This document shows, one piece after another, positions 54,131 to 64,000 of a DNA stretch of 64,000 nucleotides (position 1 is the first letter of the stretch; every line of letters starts with the position of its first letter). A program made the translations under genes and the position numbers. A model generated the notes under the pieces. It was not told where the DNA came from, did no database searches, and saw only the letters and a program-made list of their open reading frames with translations. Origin of the DNA: the human T2T-CHM13v2.0 reference genome, Homo sapiens. The DNA lies in assembly GCF_009914755.1 (NCBI RefSeq), contig NC_060926.1; one strand, written 5' to 3'.

Positions 54131-55242
54131 GAAGAGAATGAATTATTCACCAAAATTGCTTCAGTACCTAGCTAATATGTATTGGTAGAAACCAAATAAA
54201 CATGGTTCAGAGAGGATTTTGAGGGTACTAGACTCAATAAAAGGTGCTGGGTAGAACATGAGGCATTGTAAGGGAGCGTTTAGTGATATAGGGACATTTT
54301 TCCATGACTTAATGTTCATGATTCAATATTCTCGCAAAAGCATCTGGAGTCAATCCTAACACACTGATAGAGTGGTTCCTGGAAGTCTGGAATAAATGAT
54401 GTCTCACATTAAATGAGAGAGAAATCTCAGAATGAGCTTATATATTCAGCAGTTTGAAGAACACTTACCTTGGCTCATTAACCTGTGGTGTAAAGGTCAT
54501 GATGGGAGAAAAGACCAAATGAAATCCCCTAAGACTACTCCCTACCCCTCAACTTGGCCAAGATTGAAGACCAGAAACTACATTATATTCAAATGAAGTG
54601 GCAGGGATTAATGCCACTCTCAAAGATTTAACAAAGATTTCCCAACACATTTCCTCTTGAGTCACCAATGTGACATACACAAAAATCAACAAATCATGGC
54701 AGATGACAGTGGATCACTGAAAGTTTAACCAAGCTGCAATGACCATGATACGTTTACTACAACAGGTTAATACTAACTCTGGTATTTGGTATGTAGTTAT
54801 GCATCTGGCTAATAAATTATTTCTAACACTTCTCTATACGAAATGTTAGAAGCAGTTCTCATTCACTTGGAATAAACAACAGTACACATTTTTTTATCCT
54901 ATCGCAGGACCATGTTAACTTTCTTCCCACTAATGGGTGGCCTTGTGGTAGGGAAAATACTTCTCATTTGGGCAGAACTTTAAGCAGTACACTCGGTCAT
55001 CTACTTTGTGGAGAGAAAGACGTGGCCAAAGGTAAAAATATAAATGAGTTCTTTAGTGTAGCAAATAAATTGACTGGTTGATCAGAAACTAGAAGGAAAA
55101 AGATTGGAGGATAGGGAAAGAAAAAGCTGGGTGAAAGTCATGTAGATATAACCATATACCTGTAGGTTACTAAGTGTAACAATCTTTGCTTTACATCTAA
55201 GTGTTCACCACAGAATCCAATGTAGGGTAGGCACTACACAAT

Positions 55243-55605
55243 TGATATGGTTTGACTGTGTCCCCACCCAAATCTCATCTTGAATTGTAGCTCCCATAAT
55301 CTCCATGTGTTGTGGAAGGGACTCAGTGGGAGGTAATTGAGTCATGGGGGTGGGTTTTTCTCATGCTGTCCTTGTGATAGTGAATAAGTCCCGTGAGATC
55401 TGATGGTTTTATAAAGAGCAGTTCCCTGCACATGCTGTCTTGCCTGCTGCCATGTAAGGTGTGCCTTTTTTCCTCCTTTGCCTTCCACCATGGTTATGAG
55501 GCCTCCCCAGCCATGCGGAACTGTAAGTCCATTAAACCTCTTTTTCTCTATAAATTACCCAGTCTCAGGTATTTCTTCCCAGCAGTATGAAAATGGATGA
55601 ATACA
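55243..55605 (+). mobile_element. THE1D/C-type MaLR solo LTR nested in ERVL
   Basis: TGATATGGTTTGACTGTGTCCCCACCCAAATCTCATCTTG ... AATACA; exact 5-bp TSD ACAAT. Confidence 0.93.
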
Positions 55606-55704
55606 ACAATGAAGTAGACAGAGTCATCTGAAAGATGCCAGCTAGTCTCTGTCCAGAGTCATTCTAGTGCTTCAGCAATGACCCCCAAAAATGAACCATG
55701 GATA

Positions 55705-55801
55705 AAATAGGAATAGAATAGAAAAGAGAAGAATAGAATAGAATAGAATAGAATAGAATAGAATAGAATAGAATAGAATAGAATAGAATAGAACAGAATA
55801 G
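55705..55801. repeat. (GAATA)n pentanucleotide microsatellite
   Basis: About 12 perfect GAATA units with degenerate flanks. Confidence 0.97.
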
Positions 55802-57388
55802 TTGCAGAGATGGAGACTCTGCATCAATCCAATAGCATGAACTCCTATGCTCCAAGGCTGATCCAGCTACAGTTACTGCTAAATGTCCACCCTGTCAACA
55901 GCAGAGACAAAAGCTGAGCCCTTGATATGACACCATACCTTGAGGAGACAGACCAGCCTCTTGGTGAAAAATTTATTACATCCAATCCCTTCTACTACAG
56001 AAAGAATAAAATTACAGTATTTTGTCCTGACTAGGATAAGCACATATTCTGGAGATGGATTTGCATTTCCTAACAGAAGAACTTTGGCCAGCACCACTAT
56101 CTGAGGGATCACAGAGCGTCCGATTTACACACCTGGGGTCTCATTTGACTGAAACTACTTCACATCATTTCAAACCAATTGACCCACTTTACATCAAAGA
56201 AGATGCAAAAGTGGGCACCATATCACAAGATCCACTGATCCTGTCATATACTATATCATTTCAAAGCTGCTTTTTATATAGAATTTTAGAATGGCTTCTT
56301 ATGGATTCAATTAAGACACTATCTTAGAAATGATAACCTGTGGGATTACAGCTTCATTATTCAAGTTGAGCCAGTAATCACTGTATGGTGTTGTCCCCAA
56401 TAAGAAGAGCATATGGGTCCAGGAACCAAGTAGTAAAGTAGAAGTGTCTCCTCTCACCATCATATCCAGTGCCTGCTTGGGGGGAATTTAGGCTTCCATT
56501 CCTGCAATGTTAGTTTTGGTGTGTCTAGAGGCCATGGTTCTTGCCTAGGGGTGAGGAGGAAAACAATTCCACCAGAGGAAACAAGGGCCCCACTAAACCT
56601 AATGCTACAACTTTTAGGTCCTTTTGGACCACTAGTGCCAGTAGACAGATACAGCAAAAAGTTGCTGAACTGCCAGGGGCAATAATCCTGATTATAATGA
56701 GAGGGTAGAATTGCTGCTACATAATGTGCCAAGAAGAAGACCATCTGGAACTCAGAACCCACTCAGACATCTCTGGGTCTTTTGCCCAGTTTCAACTACA
56801 AACAAGCAATTACAGCAAAAGCATAGTAATCACATCCCAGCCCCTACAGGTATGAATATCTGGATCACCCAATAGACAAGCCACCAGATCTGCATAAGTG
56901 CTGGCCAAGGGTAAACAAAATCTAGGATGAGTGGGATGGGAAATAAGTGATCAATATCTATCTGCAACAGGAGGGGTTGTAGCTCATTGCACAGACCTTC
57001 TTCTTAAAGGCTTTGAGTTTTTCTTTTTTTAGAAATTATGACCAGCTCTATCCTGAAGAAACAATGGAATAAAGTTAACATAAGGCATGAGTAGATCTGT
57101 GTGGCAGAGGGTTAGACTGGAGCAGACGCCGTCAGTGTTCCATCCAAATGTCTTTGGATTCAATCATCATTTTCATGTACGATGGCTCCCACTGTGCTTT
57201 CACCCACACAGCCTATACCCATGTCTTCATCCAACAGCTGCCCTTAGGCTGTGAGAGCCCACTTAGTCTGCTGGCAGAAAAAGCCTGAAGGACCTAGGAA
57301 TTTGTGTCATCCCTGAGTGGCAGCCTTTAACCAAGACTGATGGAAATGGGAGTACAGCTCCTCCACCCCCCAGATTCGGATACCTTCG

Positions 57389-57585
57389 CTGCTTTTCTCA
57401 ATCAGTGTTCCTCATCTGAATCACAGAAGACACAACATGATTTCAGTGATGATTTTCTCAATTCCCCCAAGGATGGGACAGGACTGATACCATTCTGGAT
57501 GCATAGAAGAGAAATTAATTCACTCCCCACAGTGGATGGCCTCGGAAATTAGGACTTAATTCTGTAAAATTATTAAGAAATGTTG
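57389..57585 (-). mobile_element. MER117-like hAT element inside the 3' LTR
   Basis: 'ttctcaatcagtgttcctcatctgaatcacagaa...ttttctcaattcccccaaggatgg...taccattctggatgcatag..aattaattca..ttaggacttaattct'; absent from the 5' LTR. Confidence 0.7.
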
Positions 57586-57666
57586 TCTGAGGTGTGACCT
57601 ACACCATCTCCAGATCTCCCCTGAGTAACTGAGCCAAAGTTATTCCGGAGGGACTCTACATGAATA

Positions 57667-57885
57667 GGCTGTGCAAGAAATGTAACTGTCCTTACCTGTC
57701 CACCCATCTTAATTTCTGTTTCAAACTCCACCTCACCCCCATCCACTAGGTTTTTGGAAACTCAATGGCATTTTAATCTGGGGTTCTTCCCTCTTCCTGA
57801 GGTCATGCTTATTTCCAGGAACCTAAGATAGTACCAATGCATTGATGAGGAGAGGGGAGAGAGAGGTTGTGCTCAATGCCACCTG
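57667..57885 (+). repeat. Copy 1 of a 219-bp direct duplication (inserted in the 3' LTR)
   Basis: Ungapped alignment to 58868-59086 (offset 1201), 197/219 identical by manual count. Confidence 0.97.
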
Positions 57886-58867
57886 TCTACGCAGCATACC
57901 CTCCCTGACCCTCCTTCCCTTCTTGGTTTCACTTCCCCACCCATCCTGCCTGGTTTTCCCAGGGGTGCTTCCTAAAAAAATCACTTTTGCGCAAGCCCTC
58001 ATCTCAGGGTCTGCTTACAAGGAATACAACTGGAGACATTCACTTTCTGAACTTCAATTTTGTTGCTGGAACAACAAACATGCATAGAAAAAATAGAGCC
58101 CAGGAAATGGCTTCTGCGTCTGGAGACGGATAAGATTTCAGGGTGGTGGCGTAGTGGGTGGCAGGAGAGGGTGAGTCTCTCTATGGATACAGAAATTGAA
58201 GTTCATGAAGAGGGAGCCTGAATAAATATTGCTTAGAGTTCACAGAATCTACATTTGGCCCAAATCAGAATTTTCCAAAATAGTCCCATAACAAAAATGT
58301 GTCAAAGTAAATTGTGTAGAAGTTAAGGTGGCTATTATAATATCAATTTTAAATGCAATCCAGTCAATGATTCCAATTTTAAAATTTCCACTAGCAATTT
58401 CAATGCTCCATTTTCAACTTCTTTGTTCCTTTCTCCATTAAAACACTGGATTGTTAATTTTGCAAGTTAACACTTAATAAGAAGAGATTAATGAATAACA
58501 GTGAAGTGGTACAAGGAAGAAAACTTTGCTTTCTTTTAACAAGTCCTATTAACTTCTGTTTTTTCCCAGAAGGCTCAAAAATGCCAAAGGTTTACCTTTA
58601 AAGTATGAGAGTCTAAACATCATGGTAATTTTGTTCTCTTCCTACAAAAGGTGGCCTACTGTTGTTGTTTTTTTATTATAATTTCCATACTAAAATCTGA
58701 CTCTCAAGAATGTGTTACATCCAAGATTGTGTTCTCATATCAACCTTGTACCAGGGTCTGGCTTCCAGAGATCCTTCATAAGCTACTGTTCAATAAATGA
58801 ATAAGTTATGTAACAGGAATAAAGAGAAAATAATCTGCCTATAGCAAGGATGTTAGTCCATGACCTT

Positions 58868-59086
58868 GGCTGTACAAGAAATGTAACTGTCCTTATCTGT
58901 CCAAACATCTTAATTTCTGTTTCAAACTCCACCCCACCCCCATCCACTAGATTTTTGGAAACTCAATGGCATTTTAATCTGGAGTTCTTCCATCTTCCTA
59001 AAGTCATGCTAATTTCCAAGAATCTAAAATAGTACCAATGCATTGATGAAAAGAGAGGAGAAAGAGATGGTGTTCAATGTCACCTG
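58868..59086 (+). repeat. Copy 2 of the 219-bp direct duplication (probable source)
   Basis: Ungapped alignment to 57667-57885; lies outside the LTR. Confidence 0.97.
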
Positions 59087-59429
59087 ACAATTCAAAGCAG
59101 CATTTGCTGAGGATATTCCTCGTTCCATGCTGTCCTTGTGCTCAATCCTTAAATCTGCTCCACCATACTCCTCTCCTCTGGTGGGATTCACCACCACTCC
59201 CAGGCCTTTCTTTGGAGTGGGGAAATGGCAGCACTTTCTTGTGCTACACTGAAGTCAGGAGACTCTCTTCATGAGGTTATGTTAAGCCCTGTCTGCCATA
59301 TACCCTGTAGCCATGTTATCCTTGAGCCTTTGACCATCAAAGAGCTTGAACTAGGAAACAGATGATTCCTCTGCTCCAAGACTCTAAAGAAATGTTTGGC
59401 CTTCCCAGATCAAGAGCAGAGTGCATGTC

Positions 59430-59537
59430 TGTATTTCTCTCTCTCACTCTCTCTCATTCCCCTCTTTCCCTCCTTTTCTTTCTCTCTCCCTCCCAAACCT
59501 CTCAACTTTCTCTCTTTCTTTCTCTCCACTTCTCCCT
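59430..59537. repeat. CT-rich polypyrimidine low-complexity tract
   Basis: Almost exclusively C/T over about 105 bp. Confidence 0.85.
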
Positions 59538-59914
59538 TAACAAAGTTCATGAAATTTTTGTGGTAAGTATGTTTGGGATGATAGAGAGACATTAGGGTTA
59601 GGAAAACGATGTAATCTAGGAGACTTCTCATGCTTGGAGTTTTCTCCCCATTCTTTGTAAGAGCCAAGATTCTGAAAATGAGGAAGCAGGAGGAAATTCC
59701 TGTATTCCTCTTTTTTTTTCTGTAAATACATCTTTTCTTGAGGCATAAGCAGAGAGCGACCTAGATTAAGGGTGAGGAGTGAGAAATTGGGTTAGGAACT
59801 ATCAAGAAGAATCATTAGTTAATATTGCACAAACATTATTTCTTATCCTTTAAAGTCAAGCAGAGAAAGCGCCATCACTGAAGCTTCCTTCCTTTTCCCC
59901 TTCCAATCGAAATT

Positions 59915-60545
59915 ATCCCTGTGTCTTTATTTCACTTCTTTTGTGAAAGACCTACCTAGACTTAACTATCATGTCTTGTGTTGAACTTATTTGTTACTTT
60001 CTCCTCTATAGACTGGGAACTCTCAGAAGGCAGGAAAACCTTATTTATCTTTGAATTCTTGGAGCCTAACACAGACCCTAAGATGAAGGGAGCAATCAAT
60101 AAATATTGGTTGAATGAGGAACATAACTTGTTTTGTTTTGCAGAATCATACTGCTTCTGAGATTATAGTGATCAAGTGGCCAAAGTGCGTGGTGGTGGTC
60201 AATCATACCGATACTAGAAGGAAGTGCTGGCTCTTAACCAATCTGCTTCACTCCTTTCTGTCTCAGTTCACTCATCTTTAAAAGCAGAGACTCTGAAGCC
60301 AGGCCACTGAATTTGAACATTTCTTCTCCCATGTATGAGCTGTGCGACCTCTGGACGTTATTTATCCTCTCTGCACCTCTGATTCCTCATCTGTACAACA
60401 GAGATTATAGCAGTCCCTGTCTTATAAAGTTGTGCTGAGGTCTACATGAGTTTATCTTTGTATTTAAAACAGTGCCAGGTACATAGAAAGTGCTGTTTAA
60501 AGTGATGGATACATAAGTAACATAGATAGCTCATGTTGTTACTAT
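59915..60545 (+). mobile_element. L2 3' end (59915-60120) and MIR (60280-60545)
   Basis: 'tagactgggaactctcagaaggcaggaaaaccttatttatctttg...caataaatattggttgaatga'; 'ctctctgcacctctgattcctcatctgtacaac..aaaacagtgccaggtacatag'. Confidence 0.75.
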
Positions 60546-61884
60546 TTCAGCCCCAGTGTACATATTTGGAAAATAATTAGACCACTAGCTTGTGTGGGCA
60601 GAAAGGAACAAGGAACACTTGGGTTAATTTGGAATCTATTAAGAAAAGAAGGGGGCAGGGCCAAGATGGCCGAATAGAAGAAGGGGCGTTCAGAGGCTCC
60701 CATTGGAAAAAAAACATAAGCATGAATCCTTCACCGGCAACCAAGGTATCCAGGTTCTGTCATCAAAATTGACTAGAAGGCTGGCATGACCCATTGAGAG
60801 AAGGAAGAACAGTGTGCTGCAACAGCCACATGAGGAAGTGGAACCTCCTCCCCGCAACCAAGGGAGGCAGTGAGTGAGCATGCTACCCAGCTGGAGAAAT
60901 TGTACTTTTTCCATGGAAGTGTGAAACACACAGATTGGAAGAGACCACTCGCAAACCCACACTACCAGGGCATAGCATCCTAACCCTGGAATGTGCAGAC
61001 TCTTACAGCCTCTCAGCTGGAATCTTCTTAAGCCTGCTGAACTGCAGGAGGGAGGGGAGGCCAGCACTGGGACTCACAACTACCTGGCATGCTAAGCTCC
61101 CTGGTTTGGGGAAGGGAGGCACCAATTTCTATAACTCTAGGCTGCACTCTTCCCCTGCTGGAGCCAAGGAAGCTGGATGGCTTCATCCCAAGACTTGTCC
61201 CCACAACTGAACACATTGGCTGTGGCAGTCTGCAGCTGGAGTGCCTCTTCAGGGCTAACCCTGACCCATCCTTCCTCACTGGGCAGGGCTTCCCTGCAGG
61301 ATCTCCAATAACTCCAGCCAGAGGCTCAGGGACAGAATTTGGATCTCCCTGGGCCTGAGCCTCTATGGGCAGGGGTGGTTGCAGTCTCTGCAGACCAGCA
61401 GACCTAGCCTCTCTTCCTGGTAGTTCTGAGGAATCCAGGCAGCCCAGACAAGTGGGTTTCCCCAGAGCGAAGCACACGCTCTCCACCAAGGGACAAAGTG
61501 CTTCATTAAATGGATCCTGCTCCCCATGCCACACAACTGAGACCCTCCAATAGGGGTTGTCAGACACCCTATACAGGAGCAATCCTACCGGCATCAGGTT
61601 GGTGCCCCTCAAGATCAGAGGTCCCAGAAGAGGGAACAGGCACTCATCTTTGCTGTTCTCCAGCCTCCTTGAGTGACATCTCCAGGCACAGGAGCAAATC
61701 AGATGAATAAGGCCTGAAGTGAACCCCCAGCAAATGGCAGCAGCCCTACAGAAGAAGGACCTGACTATGAAAGAAAAACAAACAAGCAGGAAGCAACAAC
61801 ACCAACAACAAAAATAGGGCCCCCACAAAAACCTCAACCAAGGGTCAGCAGTCTCAAAGACGGAAACTAGACAAACTCACAAAG

Positions 61885-62869
61885 ATGAGGAAGAATCAAT
61901 GAAAAATGATGAAAACCCAAAAGGCCAGAGTCCTCTTCTCCTCCAAATGATCACAATGTCTTTTCATCATCAAGGGTACAGAACTAGAAGGAGGATCAGA
62001 TGGACAAGTTGACAGAAGTAGGCTTCAGAAGATGGGTAATAAAAAACTATGATGAGCTAAAGGAGCATGTTCTAACCCAATGCAAAGAAGCTAAGAACCT
62101 TGATAAAAGGCTAGAGGAATTGCTGACTAGAATAACCAGTTTAGAGAGGAACATACACGATGTGATGGAGCTGAAAAACAGCATGAGAACTTTGTGAAGC
62201 ATACTCAAGTATTAACAGCCAAATCGACCAAGCAGTAAAAAGGATATCAGAGTTTGAAGACCACCTTACTGAAATGAAACATGAGACAAGAATAAAGAAA
62301 AAAGAATGAAAATGAATGAACAAAGCCTCCAAGAAATATGGGACTTCATAAAAAGACCTGATCTATGATTGATTGAAGTACCAGAAAGAGATGAGGAGAA
62401 TGGAAAAAAGCTGGAAAACACACTTAAAGATATTATCCAGAAGAACTTCCACAACCTAGGAAAACAGGCCAACATACAAATTCAGGAAATACAGAGAACA
62501 CCATTAAGATACTCTAGGAGAAGAGCAACCCCAAGATACATAATCATCAGATTCTCCAAGGTCAAAATAAAGGAAAAACTGTTAAGGGCAGCCAGAGAGA
62601 AAGGTCAGGTCACCTACAAAGGGAAGCCCATCAGACTAACTGTGGACCTCTCAGCAGAAACTCTACAAGCCAGAAGAGATCAGAAGCCAATATTCAACAT
62701 TCTTAAAGAAAAGAATTTTCAACCCAGAATGTTATATCCAGTCAAACTAAGCTTCATAAGTTTAGGAGAAATAAAATCTTTTCCAGACAAGCAAATGTTG
62801 AGTGATTTCATTACCACCAGACCTGCCCTGCAAGAGCTCCTGAAAGAAACAGTAAATTTGGAAAGGTAA
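61885..62869 (+). pseudogene. L1 ORF1p, disrupted
   Basis: Pieces 'DKLTEVGFRRWVIKNYDELKEHVLTQCKEAKNL' and 'PRYIIIRFSKVKIKEKLLRAAREKGQVTYKGKPIRLTVDLSAETLQARR..FITTRPALQELLKE', separated by stops and frameshifts. Confidence 0.92.
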
Positions 62870-62971
62870 AACCAGTACTAGTCACGGCAAAAACACACCA
62901 AAATATAAAGACCAATGACACTATGAACAAACTGCATCAACTGCTGTGCAAAATAACCAAATAGCATCATG

Positions 62972-64000
62972 ATGACAGGATTAAATTCACACATAACAAT
63001 ACTAACCCTAAATGTAAATGGGCTAAATTCTCCAATTAAAAGACACAGACTGGCAAATTGGATAAGGAGTCAAGACCCATTGGTGTGCTGTATTCAGAAG
63101 ACCCATCTTACATGCAAAGACAAACTTAGGCTTAAAATAAAGGGATGGAGGAAAATTTACCAAGCAAATAGAAATCAAAAAAAGAGCAGGGGTTGCAATC
63201 CTAGTTTCTGACAAAATAGACTTTAAACCAACAAAGATCAAAACAGAAAAGAAGGTCATTACCTAATGGTAAAGGGAACAATTCAACAAGAAGAGCTAAC
63301 TATTATAAATATATATGCACCCAATACAGGAGCACCCAGATGCATGAAACAAGTTCTTAGAGATTTACAAAGAGACTTAGACTCCCACACAATACTAGTG
63401 GGAGACTTTAACACCCCACTGTCAGTATTAGATCAACAAGACAGAAAATTAACAAGGATATTCAGGACTTGAACTCAGCTCTGGATCAAGTGGACCTAGC
63501 AGACATCTACAGAACTCTCTATCCCAAATCAAAGAATATACAATCTTCTCAGTGCCACATGACACTTATTCTAAAACTGACCACATAATTGGAAGTAAAA
63601 CACTCCTCAGCAAATGCAAAAGAACTGAAATCATAACAAACAGTCTCTCCGATCACAGTGCAATCAAATTAGAACTCAGGATTAAGAATTCACTCAAAAC
63701 TATACACTTTTATGGAAATTAAACAACCTGCTCCTGAATGACTCCTGGTTAAAAAATCAAATTAAAGCAGAATCAAGAAGTTCTTTGAAACCAATGAAAA
63801 TAAAGAGACAGTGTACCAGAATCTCTGGAGCATAACTAAAGCAGTGTTAAGAGGGAAATTCATAGCAATAATTGTCCACATCAGAAAGCTAGAAAGATCT
63901 CAAATTAACACCCTATCATCACAATAAAAAGAGCTAGAGAGGCAAGAGCAAACTAATACAAAAGCTAGCAGAAGAAAAGAAATAACTAAGATCAGAGAAG
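62972..64000 (+). pseudogene. L1 ORF2p endonuclease domain, disrupted, truncated by the window
   Basis: MTGLNSHITILTLNVNGLNSPIKRHRLANWI; IYAPNTGAP; VGDFNTPLS; frameshifts near 63180 and 63430. Confidence 0.92.

Larger units (their letters stand above)
53006..58038 (+). mobile_element. Decayed ERVL provirus with two LTR16C-type LTRs (53006-53475 and 57118-58038)
   Basis: The two LTRs share start (GCAGAyrCyGTCAGTG) and end (AAATCACTT...CTCAG...AGACA); purine tract before the 3' LTR; RT relics SWQMTVDH*KFNQ, GIWYVVMHLAN, KQFSFTWNKQQYTF (54690-54895); RNaseH WAEL (about 54970); integrase 55830-56300. Confidence 0.85.
60651..64000 (+). mobile_element. L1PA (older primate, roughly L1PA8-10/L1P3 type) with intact 5' end; runs off the window
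   Basis: 5' 'gggggcagggccaagatggccgaatag' (YY1 site) after TT|AAGAAA; 5'UTR of about 1.2 kb; ORF1 and ORF2 relics follow. Confidence 0.93.

Noticed and set aside
55501-55514. PRDM9 hotspot motif position in the THE1 LTR
   Set aside because: Reads CCTCCCCAGCCAT, the non-hotspot version, not CCTCCCTNNCCAC.

Overview
AT-rich, repeat-dense primate (human-like; AluJ/S/Y present) intergenic or deep-intronic DNA. I found no intact protein-coding gene, RNA gene or CRISPR array. Most of the window is transposon fossils: old L1M and L2/MIR fragments, seven Alus, several MaLR LTRs, a MER52 solo LTR, MER47A, MER5, MER117, a near full-length HSMAR2 mariner, two decayed ERVL (LTR16/ERV3-16A3-type) proviruses and the 5' half of an L1PA. 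Three non-routine signals stand out. (1) A heavily decayed, intronless CTAGE5/MIA2 retrocopy (about 14.6-16.2 kb), not shown by the ORF track, appears to derive from an exon-skipped isoform and has three tandem copies of its C-terminal/3'UTR module. (2) A 219-bp local duplication inserted into an LTR has 22 differences between the copies, 19:2 biased to G/C in one copy. (3) An old inversion of about 1.6 kb has scrambled an ERVL provirus and an L1 nested in it. Repeat subfamily names and reference protein sequences are recalled from memory, boundaries are approximate, and no searches were run.
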